Assembly (NCBI GenBank): GCA_040767805.1
Contig: JAXGNU010000009.1
Span: forward strand, 1-58,589
Direction of reading: 5' to 3'
DNA from: Thermovirgaceae bacterium
GTDB taxonomy: Bacteria; Synergistota; Synergistia; Synergistales; Thermovirgaceae
Length of the DNA stretch: 58,589 nt
The position numbers were made by a program, and so were the translations under genes. The notes beneath the pieces are model-generated. The model made no database searches. It was not told the origin of the DNA and saw only the letters and a list, made by a program, of their open reading frames with translations. This document shows positions 18,173 through 26,725 of this stretch, piece by piece (positions within the stretch are counted from its first letter, which is position 1; each line of letters begins with the position of its first letter).

Positions 18173-18786
18173 GAAGGATCACCCCCCGCCGGGCCGGGGT
18201 CGCCGCCGAATATCATCTCTTCGACCAGGGCGCAAAGCACGTGTTCGACGGCCAGATGCACATTCTGAATGACCGACGTGTTTTTTGAATCGACCTCGAT
18301 CGCCACATCGGCGTGCCGCCCGATCGCTCCTCCCCTGCATGTCAGTGCGATCGTACCTATCCTGAGGGTTTTTGACACCCTGACGGCCCTTTTGACGTTC
18401 TCCGAATCCCCGCTGGTGCTGATGCCCATCAGCACATCGCCCGGCCGTCCAAGGGCCTGTACCTGCCGGAGGAACACGTTCTCGAAGCAGTAATCGTTGC
18501 AGAAGGCCGTAAGGAACGACGTATCCGTAGTGAGGGCGATGGCGGGCAGGGCCGGCCTCTCTCTTTGTTTTGAGAGGCGGCATACGAACTCGGCGGCCAT
18601 GTGCTGGCAATCGGCGGCGCTCCCCCCGTTGCCGCAGAGCATCAGTTTACCACCCGACCTCATGGAACCGGCGATCAGGACGGCCGCGCGGTAGATTGAC
18701 CCGCCCTCCTGGTCCGGCAACGCGGCCAGTATCCCCGCGGTCTCAAGGAGCGGGGAGGATATCATTTTTTTGATGCGATCATCCAT
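18169..18786 (-). CDS. gmhA: sedoheptulose 7-phosphate isomerase
   Basis: CGNGGSAADCQHMAAE, LPAIALTTDTS, ISTSGDSENV, IQNVHLAVEH; start reassigned to ATG 18786. Confidence 0.95.
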   Translation of the reverse strand: MDDRIKKMISSPLLETAGILAALPDQEGGSIYRAAVLIAGSMRSGGKLMLCGNGGSAADCQHMAAEFVCRLSKQRERPALPAIALTTDTSFLTAFCNDYCFENVFLRQVQALGRPGDVLMGISTSGDSENVKRAVRVSKTLRIGTIALTCRGGAIGRHADVAIEVDSKNTSVIQNVHLAVEHVLCALVEEMIFGGDPGPAGGDPS

Positions 18787-19351
18787 CCCGGGTCCCACCT
18801 TCTCCCCCTTCGACCCATAGGCGGATAACTTCAGCGGCGGCCTTGACGTCATCCACCACGGCGTCCCAGAGGGGGCCCCCTTCCTCTTCGGCCTTTCGGC
18901 CGCAACCCGTCCTGACGAGGACCCCCTTCGCGCCGATCGCCCTGGCCAGCTCCATGTCCGAACTCTTGTCGCCCACGACAAAGGACTTCAGCAGGTCGAT
19001 GCCCAGGTCCCTGGAAGCCCTAAAGGCCAGGCCGGGTTTCGGTTTCCGGCAATCGCACCCTTCCCAAGGCGCGTGGGGGCAATGATACACCCCATCGAGG
19101 CTCGCCCCGCCTTCTCCCAAAAGCAGGGCCATTCTCTCCGTCACCCTGGAATAGTCTTCTTCGAGGAACAGCCCTCTTCCGATCCCCGACTGGTTCGTGA
19201 GGACGACGACCTTCAGCCCCATCGAGGTCATCCTTCCAATTGCTTCCGGGGCTCCATCGATGAGGACCACGTCCTCCGGATCGGAGATAAACCCTTTATC
19301 CTCGATTATCACGCCGTCCCGGTCCAGGAAGACGGCTCTTGAGTACTTCAT
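18779..19351 (-). CDS. gmhB: D-glycero-D-manno-heptose 1,7-bisphosphate phosphatase
   Basis: AVFLDRDGVI, TNQSGIGRG, CPH...CDCRKPKPG, VGDKSSD. Confidence 0.95.
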   Translation of the reverse strand: MKYSRAVFLDRDGVIIEDKGFISDPEDVVLIDGAPEAIGRMTSMGLKVVVLTNQSGIGRGLFLEEDYSRVTERMALLLGEGGASLDGVYHCPHAPWEGCDCRKPKPGLAFRASRDLGIDLLKSFVVGDKSSDMELARAIGAKGVLVRTGCGRKAEEEGGPLWDAVVDDVKAAAEVIRLWVEGGEGGTRDG

Positions 19352-19383
19352 AGCTCGAACTCCCGTGAGACAGTTTCACTGGT

Positions 19384-19426
19384 GCCGAATGACACCCTTC
19401 AACACCCCAGGGCCCGGCGCACCCTT
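19384..19426. repeat. direct repeat copy 1 (last kdsB codons, stop and 15 downstream nt)
   Basis: GCCGAATGACACCCTTCAACACCCCAGGGCCCGGCGCACCCTT; matches 14553-14595. Confidence 0.95.
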
Positions 19427-20124
19427 TCCAGGTCCTCCGGCGTGTCCACGCTGGGGCCGGACTCCCCGCGGGTCACGGCCACCTTCATATTGTAGCCGTG
19501 TTCGAGGACCCTGAGCTGTTCCAGGGATTCAACTTCGGAGAGGGGCGTCGGGGCCAGGTCCGCGTAGGTGAAGAGAAAATCCCGCCGAAAACCGTAGATG
19601 CCGATGTGTTGGAAGAGGGGGATATCCATCCGCGCCCGAAGGTAGGGTATGGGCGACCGGCTGAAGTAAAGGGCGTAACCCCGCAGGTCGGTCACCACCT
19701 TCACCGTGTTGGGGTCCGAAAGGGAGCCGGGATCGGTGATGGGGGCGCAGAGCGTCGATGACAGGGCTTCATCGTCCTCCCGGAGCACCCCCGCGGCCTC
19801 GTCGATCATGACGGGGTCGAGGAGGGGCTCATCCCCCTGGATGTTGATCACTATCGCCGCGTCGTAATGGTTCGACGCCTCCGCCACGCGGCAGGTACCG
19901 TTGGGGTGGCCGGGGGAGGTCATCAGGCATTCGCCCCCGAAGGCGCGGACGGTTTCAAAGATGCGCTCGTCGTCGGTGGCCACGACCAGCCGGTCCAGGG
20001 TCCTGGAAAGGGCCGCCCGTTCATGGACCCTCTGGATGAGGGTCTTGCCGCAGATATCGGCCAGGGGCTTGCCCGGGAGCCTGGTGGAGGCATAGCGGGC
20101 CGGGATCACGCCGAGGACTTTCAT
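19399..20124 (-). CDS. kdsB: 3-deoxy-manno-octulosonate cytidylyltransferase (CMP-Kdo synthetase)
   Basis: VIPARYASTRLPGKPL, INIQGDEP, ALYFSRSPIP, HIGIYGF, ESLEQLRVLEHG, SVDTPEDL. Confidence 0.97.
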   Translation of the reverse strand: MKVLGVIPARYASTRLPGKPLADICGKTLIQRVHERAALSRTLDRLVVATDDERIFETVRAFGGECLMTSPGHPNGTCRVAEASNHYDAAIVINIQGDEPLLDPVMIDEAAGVLREDDEALSSTLCAPITDPGSLSDPNTVKVVTDLRGYALYFSRSPIPYLRARMDIPLFQHIGIYGFRRDFLFTYADLAPTPLSEVESLEQLRVLEHGYNMKVAVTRGESGPSVDTPEDLERVRRALGC

Positions 20125-21332
20125 GACGGGACCCCGTGCCGCCTCGCCCAGGCCAGGGCCTCATTCCTGTCGACGGGCTCTATTTCATTGACTATCCACT
20201 CCCTCATGGCCTCGCCCTCGGGGGTGTGCTGGGCGTAGCTCATGAAGTCCAGGGGGATCCCCAGGGCCTTTGAGGCTCTCCAGGCCATGACGGGCCAGAC
20301 CTCGCCGATGTCCCCGATGATGGGGATGCTCCCCTCGTGGCGGGCGAAGGCGGACATCTCCATCCGGAAGGGGATCCTGGAGATCTTCGTCTTGGGGAGG
20401 CCCCTGTCGATGGCCTCCTGGATGAGGGATGAGCCCGTCTCGAGGTCCCTGGCCCTGCGAAGGTTTTCGTCCAGGTCAATCCGGATGAGGGTCTTGCCCT
20501 TGAGGGAAAAGGTCCGCAGCCCCTTCCACCACGACCAGATACCGTGCCCCGTGTAGCACTCGAAGGGGCCGTCGTGGATCTCCTGGGTGAGGGCTACCGC
20601 CGATTCTATGATGACATCGGCGGACTCGAGCATCATGGCGACGCGCATGGACCGCTCGAAAAGGGAGATGCTGTCGCCGACGGCCATGCCCACGTGGCCG
20701 CTACCCACCATCTGGGGGATGCTCACCAGCACGGGAAGGCCCTTCTCCGCCCCCTTGCCTATCATGGTGCGCCGGTCGGCCCCCCACCCGGCCACGATCT
20801 CGAAGGGCAGGCCGTAAGCCTTGCAGATTACCAGCAGCTCGCCGGCCAGGTTCTCCGTCCTCAACCCCATGGGGTAGGCCATGTTGCCGGCGGCCTTGAT
20901 GACGAACCGACCGTCGGCCTTCTCCCCTTTTTCGAGGAGGTCCTCGTCGAGGACCATCTCCTTTCGGAGCGTGTCCAACTGCTCTCGGGAAAGCCGGGTG
21001 AACTCGAAGACGCCGCTTCGGGGCATGAAAGCGGGGTCGAAGCCCAGGTCGGCGGCGCTGCACATCTTGACCCTGTCGAGGGCTCCTGCCATTTCGTGCC
21101 CCACCACGGCGGAACTGGTGGTGACGCCGTCCACCAGGCCCTTGTCCATGAGTTCCGCGATGAGGGTGGTCACCCCTTCGTGGATGTTGGGACCGCTCCC
21201 GGTGGCCACCACGATTTTGCCACCGGCCATCTTGGCGGCCACTACTTTTTCCACGGCTTCATCGAGGCTCGCCCGGGAGCGTTCGTCCAGGTTTTCGTAA
21301 AACCGGTCCAGCAACTCCTCCTGCACTTTCAT
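20121..21332 (-). CDS. hypothetical protein, deoxyhypusine-synthase-like (DHS/NAD-binding) fold suspected
   Basis: 403 aa from ATG 21332; ATGA overlaps with both waaA and kdsB; KIVVATGSGPNIHEGVTTLIAELMDKGLVDGVTTSSAVVGHE resembles the DHS N-terminal nucleotide-binding segment; IIGDIGEVWP resembles its C-terminal segment. Confidence 0.6.
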   Translation of the reverse strand: MKVQEELLDRFYENLDERSRASLDEAVEKVVAAKMAGGKIVVATGSGPNIHEGVTTLIAELMDKGLVDGVTTSSAVVGHEMAGALDRVKMCSAADLGFDPAFMPRSGVFEFTRLSREQLDTLRKEMVLDEDLLEKGEKADGRFVIKAAGNMAYPMGLRTENLAGELLVICKAYGLPFEIVAGWGADRRTMIGKGAEKGLPVLVSIPQMVGSGHVGMAVGDSISLFERSMRVAMMLESADVIIESAVALTQEIHDGPFECYTGHGIWSWWKGLRTFSLKGKTLIRIDLDENLRRARDLETGSSLIQEAIDRGLPKTKISRIPFRMEMSAFARHEGSIPIIGDIGEVWPVMAWRASKALGIPLDFMSYAQHTPEGEAMREWIVNEIEPVDRNEALAWARRHGVPS

Positions 21333-22597
21333 GACCCGATCTCCTTTCGGATCGCTTCCACCGACGCTTTCGCCGCCCCCGAAGAAGCCGAGAAGAACAG
21401 CCCCGCCCCCTCCCGGGCGGCCTTCTTCGTGCCCGGTTCGAGGCATTTCAGCCAATGGGCAGCCATCTCCCCGGCGCACCGGACCACGGTGGAGACACCC
21501 CTTTCGCCGAGCCTTTCGGAGGCCTCCCGGAAATCCCGCATGAAGGGGCCGTGGGAGAGGGGTATGCCGAAAACGGCCGGTTCCATTATATTCTGTCCCC
21601 CCCTGTCCACGAGGCTCCCTCCCACGAAAGCCCCGTCCACTACCCCGTAGAGGTCGAAGAGGACCCCGATGCGGTCGGCTACGAGGACCTCCCAGGGGGT
21701 TTTTCCCGCTCCGGCCCCCTCCACCTCGGTGAGGAGTGCCGACGGCCCCGCCTTTCCGGCAATGCCCAGGACCCGGGCGCTCCTCTCGGGGTGGCGGGGA
21801 ACGATGATGAGCCGGGCCTCGTGGATCTTCGCCTTAAGCAACCTGAAGGCCTCCAGGACGACCTCTTCCTCGCCCGGGTGGGTGCTCCCGGCGAGGAAGA
21901 CCGGCCCCCCGCCGACGATGGACCTCGCCCACTTCAGGTCCGCCTCTTCTTTTCGAAGGATTATGGCGTCGATCTTGCAGTCCCCCGTGACCCGGACCTT
22001 CCGCTCTTCGAGGCCGATATCCAGGAGCAGGGCCCTGTCGGCTTCGGATCGGACCAGGAGGAGGGAGAAGGATCTGTACACCCTCCGCCAAAAGGAGAGG
22101 TGGCTCCGGATATGGCCGGCGGTCTTCTCGGAGAACCGCCCGTTGACCAGTATGGCGGGGATGCCCCTTTCGCGCAGTTCGTCCAGCATCAGGGGCCAGA
22201 TCTCCGTCTCGATCACCGCAAAGGCCCTGGGCCGGACCGTGTCGAGTGCGCGGCGGACGATCCAGGGTATATCCCAGGGGTAGTAAAGGTGCTCGTGGAA
22301 AAGCCCCCCCGCGACGCGGTAGGCCATCTCCCGCCCCGTGGTCGTGGTGGTGGAAAGGAGGATCCCCTCGGGGCCCGCGCCCTCCCGGGCGAGAATCTTT
22401 AAAAGGGGCCAGGCGGACTGCACTTCCCCCACCGAGACGGCATGGAACCACAGAGGATCTTCAGGCAGGCTGCCCTTCTTCTCCTCGCTGTAGAGGCCCC
22501 TCCTCTCCGCCAGCCCCGGGGCGTACTTTTTCGCCAGCCAGGGGAAGACGGCGCAATAGGCTGCCGAGATGAAGGAGCGGTAAAGGAGGGATGCCAG
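21329..22597 (-). CDS. waaA: Kdo transferase
   Basis: LWFHAVSVGEV, IETEIWP, AGSTHPGEEE, VPRHPER, FVGGSL..GGQNIMEPA; frame extends 55 codons above the ORF-track GTG to a CTG at 22597, giving a typical 422 aa. Confidence 0.93.
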   Translation of the reverse strand: MASLLYRSFISAAYCAVFPWLAKKYAPGLAERRGLYSEEKKGSLPEDPLWFHAVSVGEVQSAWPLLKILAREGAGPEGILLSTTTTTGREMAYRVAGGLFHEHLYYPWDIPWIVRRALDTVRPRAFAVIETEIWPLMLDELRERGIPAILVNGRFSEKTAGHIRSHLSFWRRVYRSFSLLLVRSEADRALLLDIGLEERKVRVTGDCKIDAIILRKEEADLKWARSIVGGGPVFLAGSTHPGEEEVVLEAFRLLKAKIHEARLIIVPRHPERSARVLGIAGKAGPSALLTEVEGAGAGKTPWEVLVADRIGVLFDLYGVVDGAFVGGSLVDRGGQNIMEPAVFGIPLSHGPFMRDFREASERLGERGVSTVVRCAGEMAAHWLKCLEPGTKKAAREGAGLFFSASSGAAKASVEAIRKEIGS

Positions 22598-22598
22598 G

Positions 22599-23606
22599 TC
22601 AGACCACTCCCGCCTTGAGGAGTTCGTGGATGTGGATTATTCCCGTGGCCCTCCCCTCCTCGGTGACCACCAGGCAGGATATCTCGCGCTCCTCCATGAT
22701 ATGCATCGCCTCAGCGGCCAGCCGGTCCGGAGCTATGGTCCTGGGGTCCCTCGTCATGACCTCCTCTATCGGCAGGGAGAGGGCGTCCAGGCCCCTGTCC
22801 TCGAGGAGCCGACGAAGGTCCCCGTCGGTGAAGATGCCCGAAGCCATCCCACGGTCATCCTCGATTATCGTGGCCCCGAAGCCCTTGCTCGTGATCTCGA
22901 AAAGGGCTTCCCTGACCGAGGAATCCCGTTTCACCCTGGGCACCCTTTCCCCCGTGGACATTACGTCCGAGACCCTCAGGAGCAGCCGCTTTCCCAGCGC
23001 CCCCCCGGGGTGGAAGAGGGCGAAATCCTCGGGACGGAGGCCCCGGAGTTCGGTGACCATGCCGGCCAGGGCGTCGCCAAGGGCCAATTGCAGCGTGGTG
23101 CTGGTGGTGGGGGCGAGTCCGAGGGGGTCCGCCTCTTTCGCCACGCCGGAATGGATGACCACGTCGGAGTCCCTGGCGAGCCTGGAGGAGGTGTCGCCCG
23201 TCATGGCTATGATCGGGGCGCCGAGCCTCCTGAAAAAGGGGAGCACCTCGAGGACCTCCCTCGTCTGGCCGCTGTTGCTGAGGAAAAGACCGGCGTCCTC
23301 CCGGCAGACCATCCCCAGGTCGCCGTGGGCCCCTTCGGCGGCGTGGAGGAAGAAGGCCGGCGTGCCCAGCGATGCCAGCGTGGCGGCGATCTTGCGTCCG
23401 ACCAGGCCGGACTTGCCCATCCCCACGACCACGAGCCTCCCCTCGCACCGGCTTATGATCCTTGCCGCCTCCACCAGTTCCTGCCCCACCCTGGCGACGG
23501 CTCGGAGGATCTCCTCGGCCTCCATCCTCAGGACCCGGCGGCCGACCTCGAGCAGCCTCTCATCGTCGAGATCCTTGTTGTCCCGTTCCCTCGGCAGGCT
23601 GACCAC
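22599..23606 (-). CDS. kdsD: arabinose 5-phosphate isomerase (KpsF/GutQ; SIS + CBS)
   Basis: GMGKSGLVGRKIAATLASLGTPAFFLH, HGDLG, APTTSTT, FHPGGALG, GIFTDGDLRR. Confidence 0.95.
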   Translation of the reverse strand: MVSLPRERDNKDLDDERLLEVGRRVLRMEAEEILRAVARVGQELVEAARIISRCEGRLVVVGMGKSGLVGRKIAATLASLGTPAFFLHAAEGAHGDLGMVCREDAGLFLSNSGQTREVLEVLPFFRRLGAPIIAMTGDTSSRLARDSDVVIHSGVAKEADPLGLAPTTSTTLQLALGDALAGMVTELRGLRPEDFALFHPGGALGKRLLLRVSDVMSTGERVPRVKRDSSVREALFEITSKGFGATIIEDDRGMASGIFTDGDLRRLLEDRGLDALSLPIEEVMTRDPRTIAPDRLAAEAMHIMEEREISCLVVTEEGRATGIIHIHELLKAGVV

Positions 23607-23609
23607 CGG

Positions 23610-24443
23610 TCACTTCCCCCCTTCCGCGACGCCGGCGGCGCGGTGTATCGCCAGGACCCTCTGCAGCAGGTTCTCGAGCGAGTCGAGGGAGACCATGTTG
23701 GGGCCGTCGCTCTTGGCCGAGTCCGGGTCGGGGTGGGTCTCGAGGAAAAGGGCGTCGATCCCCGCGGCGGCGGCGGCCCGGGCCAGGACAGGGACGAACC
23801 GCCTGTCCCCCCCGCTGGATGTCCCCTGCGCCCCGGGCATCTGCACACTGTGGGTGGCGTCGAACATTACGGGGTAGCCCAGGGACCTCATGATGGCCAG
23901 GGAGCGCATGTCGACCACCAGCTGGCCGTACCCGAAGGTGCTCCCCCTCTCGCAGAGGATGACCTTGTCGTTGCCCGCCTCGAGGCACTTGGAGACGGCC
24001 TGCCCCATGTCCACGGGGGCTAGGAACTGCCCCTTCTTGATATTCACTACCTTGCCCGTGGCCGCGGCAGCGACGACGAGGTCGGTCTGTCTGCAGAGGA
24101 AGGCCGGTATCTGAATAATGTCCACCACCTCGGCCGCCCTTTCGGCCTGCCCCGGGAGGTGGATGTCGGTGAGGACGGGACAGCCGACGGAGCCCTTCAC
24201 CTCGGCGAGCCACTCGAGGCCTTTATCGAGGCCCGGCCCCCTGAAGCTGTGGATGGAGGTCCTGTTGGCCTTGTCGAAGGAGGCCTTGAAGACGTAGGGG
24301 ATGCCGAGTTTTCCGCATATACCCGAGACCTCCCGCGCGATGAGGAGGGCCGACTCGAGGTCCTCGAGGACGCAGGGACCCGCCACGAGGGCCAGCCTCC
24401 CGTCGCCGAAGGTGACCCCTCCGGCGGAAAAGATCTTCGTCAT
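23610..24443 (-). CDS. kdsA: Kdo 8-phosphate synthase
   Basis: [46 protein letters not shown]. Confidence 0.97.
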   Translation of the reverse strand: MTKIFSAGGVTFGDGRLALVAGPCVLEDLESALLIAREVSGICGKLGIPYVFKASFDKANRTSIHSFRGPGLDKGLEWLAEVKGSVGCPVLTDIHLPGQAERAAEVVDIIQIPAFLCRQTDLVVAAAATGKVVNIKKGQFLAPVDMGQAVSKCLEAGNDKVILCERGSTFGYGQLVVDMRSLAIMRSLGYPVMFDATHSVQMPGAQGTSSGGDRRFVPVLARAAAAAGIDALFLETHPDPDSAKSDGPNMVSLDSLENLLQRVLAIHRAAGVAEGGK

Positions 24444-26725
24444 GACCTGTCACCTCCATGCACTTCGGGTTCACGGCCCGACCTTTCGAGGTACTTTTCA
24501 ACGTGGGCGCCGAAGACACGGCACACTTCCTGCCTCTTACGCCACCCCAGGGTCTGGGAAGCGTATTCGATGACCGCCTCCACGGCGCCGCCCGTGCCCA
24601 TCCTCTGCCTTCCCGCGCTGGACATGCTCTCGCGGCGGCCGGGGTCCCTGAGGATGGCCAGCGCTTCACCGGCGAGGGAGGCCGCGTCGGCCGGGACGAG
24701 CGATTCCGCCCCGCCCAGGAGTTTCTTTTGCACCCTTTTGCCCTTCTCGTCGATGGAGACCACGGGGACCCCCAAACCGGCGCAGATCTGGTTCGCCGTC
24801 CCGCCCAGGCCTATAAGGACCTCCGCGCCGAGGGCAGCTTCCGACAGGTCGCCGAAAAAAAGCCCCACCTGGAGAGAACCGTCCCGGGTCCGGATCACGT
24901 CACCGGGTGCCCGCTCCCAGGAGGGGGCCTTTTCAAGGAGCCTGCCGGGGTCCAGCGTGGGCGCCACGACCATCGCGAAACGGAGTTCCTCCTCTTCAGC
25001 CATCAGGAGGGCCGCGTCGAGCAGGAGCGCCAGGTCTTCGTAGGCCCTCTCCCGGCTCCCCGGGAGAAGCAGGACGCGCTTGCCCCCTCCCTCACTAGCC
25101 CTGTCAATAGTATCACCGGCGAGGTCCATTATCGGGTTTCCCCTGTAGACGGCGTCGGCGCCGCGGTCGGCCAACTCCCGGGCCGTCTCCGGGTCCCTGG
25201 TGAACACCCTTCTGCAGCGCATCTTCAAAAGTCGTTTTTCCAAGCCCCAGTGGCCGTGGAGGCGGACGGACTTGGCTGTGGCCATGAGCACCGGCATCGT
25301 TCCCTGCCCCCATAGGGTGTGAAGGAAAAGGTAGACGTCCCCGACGCAGAGGACGGTCCTCAACCGCCCCCTGAGGCCGCTCCAGGCCTCGGCCTGGGCC
25401 CCGATATGCCGGAAGAGGCCCGACCGGATGTCGCGGATGAGGTCCCTCAGGCGGTACTTGACCACGCCGCCGCTGGGCGTCTCGCTGGGCGGCGAGAGCA
25501 CGCGGATCCCCCTGGAGCGGTACTCCTGGCCCCTCCCCACGAGAGGGAAGCCCGATACCTCGAAAAGGGGGTACCTCTCCTGGAGTTTCTCGGCGAGCAG
25601 GCTCCCGATGGCATCCTCCCCGTGGCCGTTGGAGGAGACGACGACCCTTGGCCTGAGGCGCCCGGAAAGGTCGGAAAAGAAGGTACCCTCATCGCTGAGG
25701 ACGGCGTGGACCCGGGGAATGTAAAGGGGAACGGCGGGCGACCAGTCCGGGGGGAAGTTGAAGATATCCTTCTCGGTGCAGATCAGGGACCGGGCCCCCA
25801 GGGAGGTCATCCTTTCACCAAGGGCCGCCAATTCTGACTCCGTGAATATGTGATGGTCCCGAAAGGTCTCGTGGAACAGGGTCGGAAACCCCAGCCCCTC
25901 GAGAAAGGAACCGAAACTGGCGGGGTTGCCGATGGCCGAAAAAGCCGCGGCGGGGAGTTCCGGCGGCCCGCTTTCCTCCAGGGCGACCCCGGGGCCCCGA
26001 AAGCGCGACCACCCCGCCAGGGCCAGGGAGGAGAGGAACGGGTCCTCGCCGGTGACAGCCTTAATGGCGGCCGATATTTCCTCCACGCTGACCTCGGGGG
26101 CCTGGTCGGCCTTGGTGATCACCACCATGTGGGCCCTCCCTAGCGACGCCGGTCTCTCCCTGAGCATCCCGGCCGGCATAAGCCGGCCGTTGCCGAAGGG
26201 GCAGGTGGCGTCGATGAGGACCACGTTCACGTCCCGGCCCATCTTCCTGTGCTGGAAGCCGTCGTCGGCTATGGCTATATCCACGCCCTCTTCGGCCAGG
26301 CGCAGGACCCCCCCGGCCCGGTCCGCCGACACGGCTATGGGCACACCCCTGAGCCTTCCGGCAAGGAGAAGGGCCTCATCGCCCAGGAGGTCCCTGCTAG
26401 GTTCGCACTCCCCGGCCAGGAGGCACTCCGTCCCCTTCCTGCCGTAGCCGCGCATGACTATGCCCGGCCGGAGCCCGGCCCGGACGAATTTCCGGGCGAG
26501 CATTTCAACGAAGGGCGTCTTGTTGGTGCCTCCGTGGGTGATGTTGCCGACGCTCACCACGGGGATGGGCATCTCCCGGGAAGCTGACAGGCCGTGATCG
26601 TAGGAGAAGTTCCTGGCCGAAGAAAGGGCGCCGGTGAGCCACCCCAGCGGGGCGAGAAGCGCCCAGGGGGGCCCCTCCTTTTCGCCACGGATGTGCCTGA
26701 AGTAGCTATTCAGCAGCGCTCCCAT
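24440..26725 (-). CDS. lpxK: tetraacyldisaccharide 4'-kinase fused to a C-terminal lipid-A-disaccharide-synthase-related (SNGHGED) domain
   Basis: N-half [32 protein letters not shown] (LpxK); from ~25655 downward [14 protein letters not shown]...VGDVY...GNPIMD...LLPGSR...GLGGTANQ (GT-B, TIGR03492-like). Confidence 0.9.
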   Translation of the reverse strand: MGALLNSYFRHIRGEKEGPPWALLAPLGWLTGALSSARNFSYDHGLSASREMPIPVVSVGNITHGGTNKTPFVEMLARKFVRAGLRPGIVMRGYGRKGTECLLAGECEPSRDLLGDEALLLAGRLRGVPIAVSADRAGGVLRLAEEGVDIAIADDGFQHRKMGRDVNVVLIDATCPFGNGRLMPAGMLRERPASLGRAHMVVITKADQAPEVSVEEISAAIKAVTGEDPFLSSLALAGWSRFRGPGVALEESGPPELPAAAFSAIGNPASFGSFLEGLGFPTLFHETFRDHHIFTESELAALGERMTSLGARSLICTEKDIFNFPPDWSPAVPLYIPRVHAVLSDEGTFFSDLSGRLRPRVVVSSNGHGEDAIGSLLAEKLQERYPLFEVSGFPLVGRGQEYRSRGIRVLSPPSETPSGGVVKYRLRDLIRDIRSGLFRHIGAQAEAWSGLRGRLRTVLCVGDVYLFLHTLWGQGTMPVLMATAKSVRLHGHWGLEKRLLKMRCRRVFTRDPETARELADRGADAVYRGNPIMDLAGDTIDRASEGGGKRVLLLPGSRERAYEDLALLLDAALLMAEEEELRFAMVVAPTLDPGRLLEKAPSWERAPGDVIRTRDGSLQVGLFFGDLSEAALGAEVLIGLGGTANQICAGLGVPVVSIDEKGKRVQKKLLGGAESLVPADAASLAGEALAILRDPGRRESMSSAGRQRMGTGGAVEAVIEYASQTLGWRKRQEVCRVFGAHVEKYLERSGREPEVHGGDRS

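Noticed and set aside
19360..19401. Selenocysteine read-through of the kdsB Cys-TGA end
   Set aside because: KdsB is complete at the TGA, no clear SECIS-like hairpin follows and the extension is short and featureless.
20544..24023. Long plus-strand ORFs (368, 315, 428, 465 aa)
   Set aside because: Antisense to well-conserved kds/waaA genes; typical high-GC shadow frames with no motifs.
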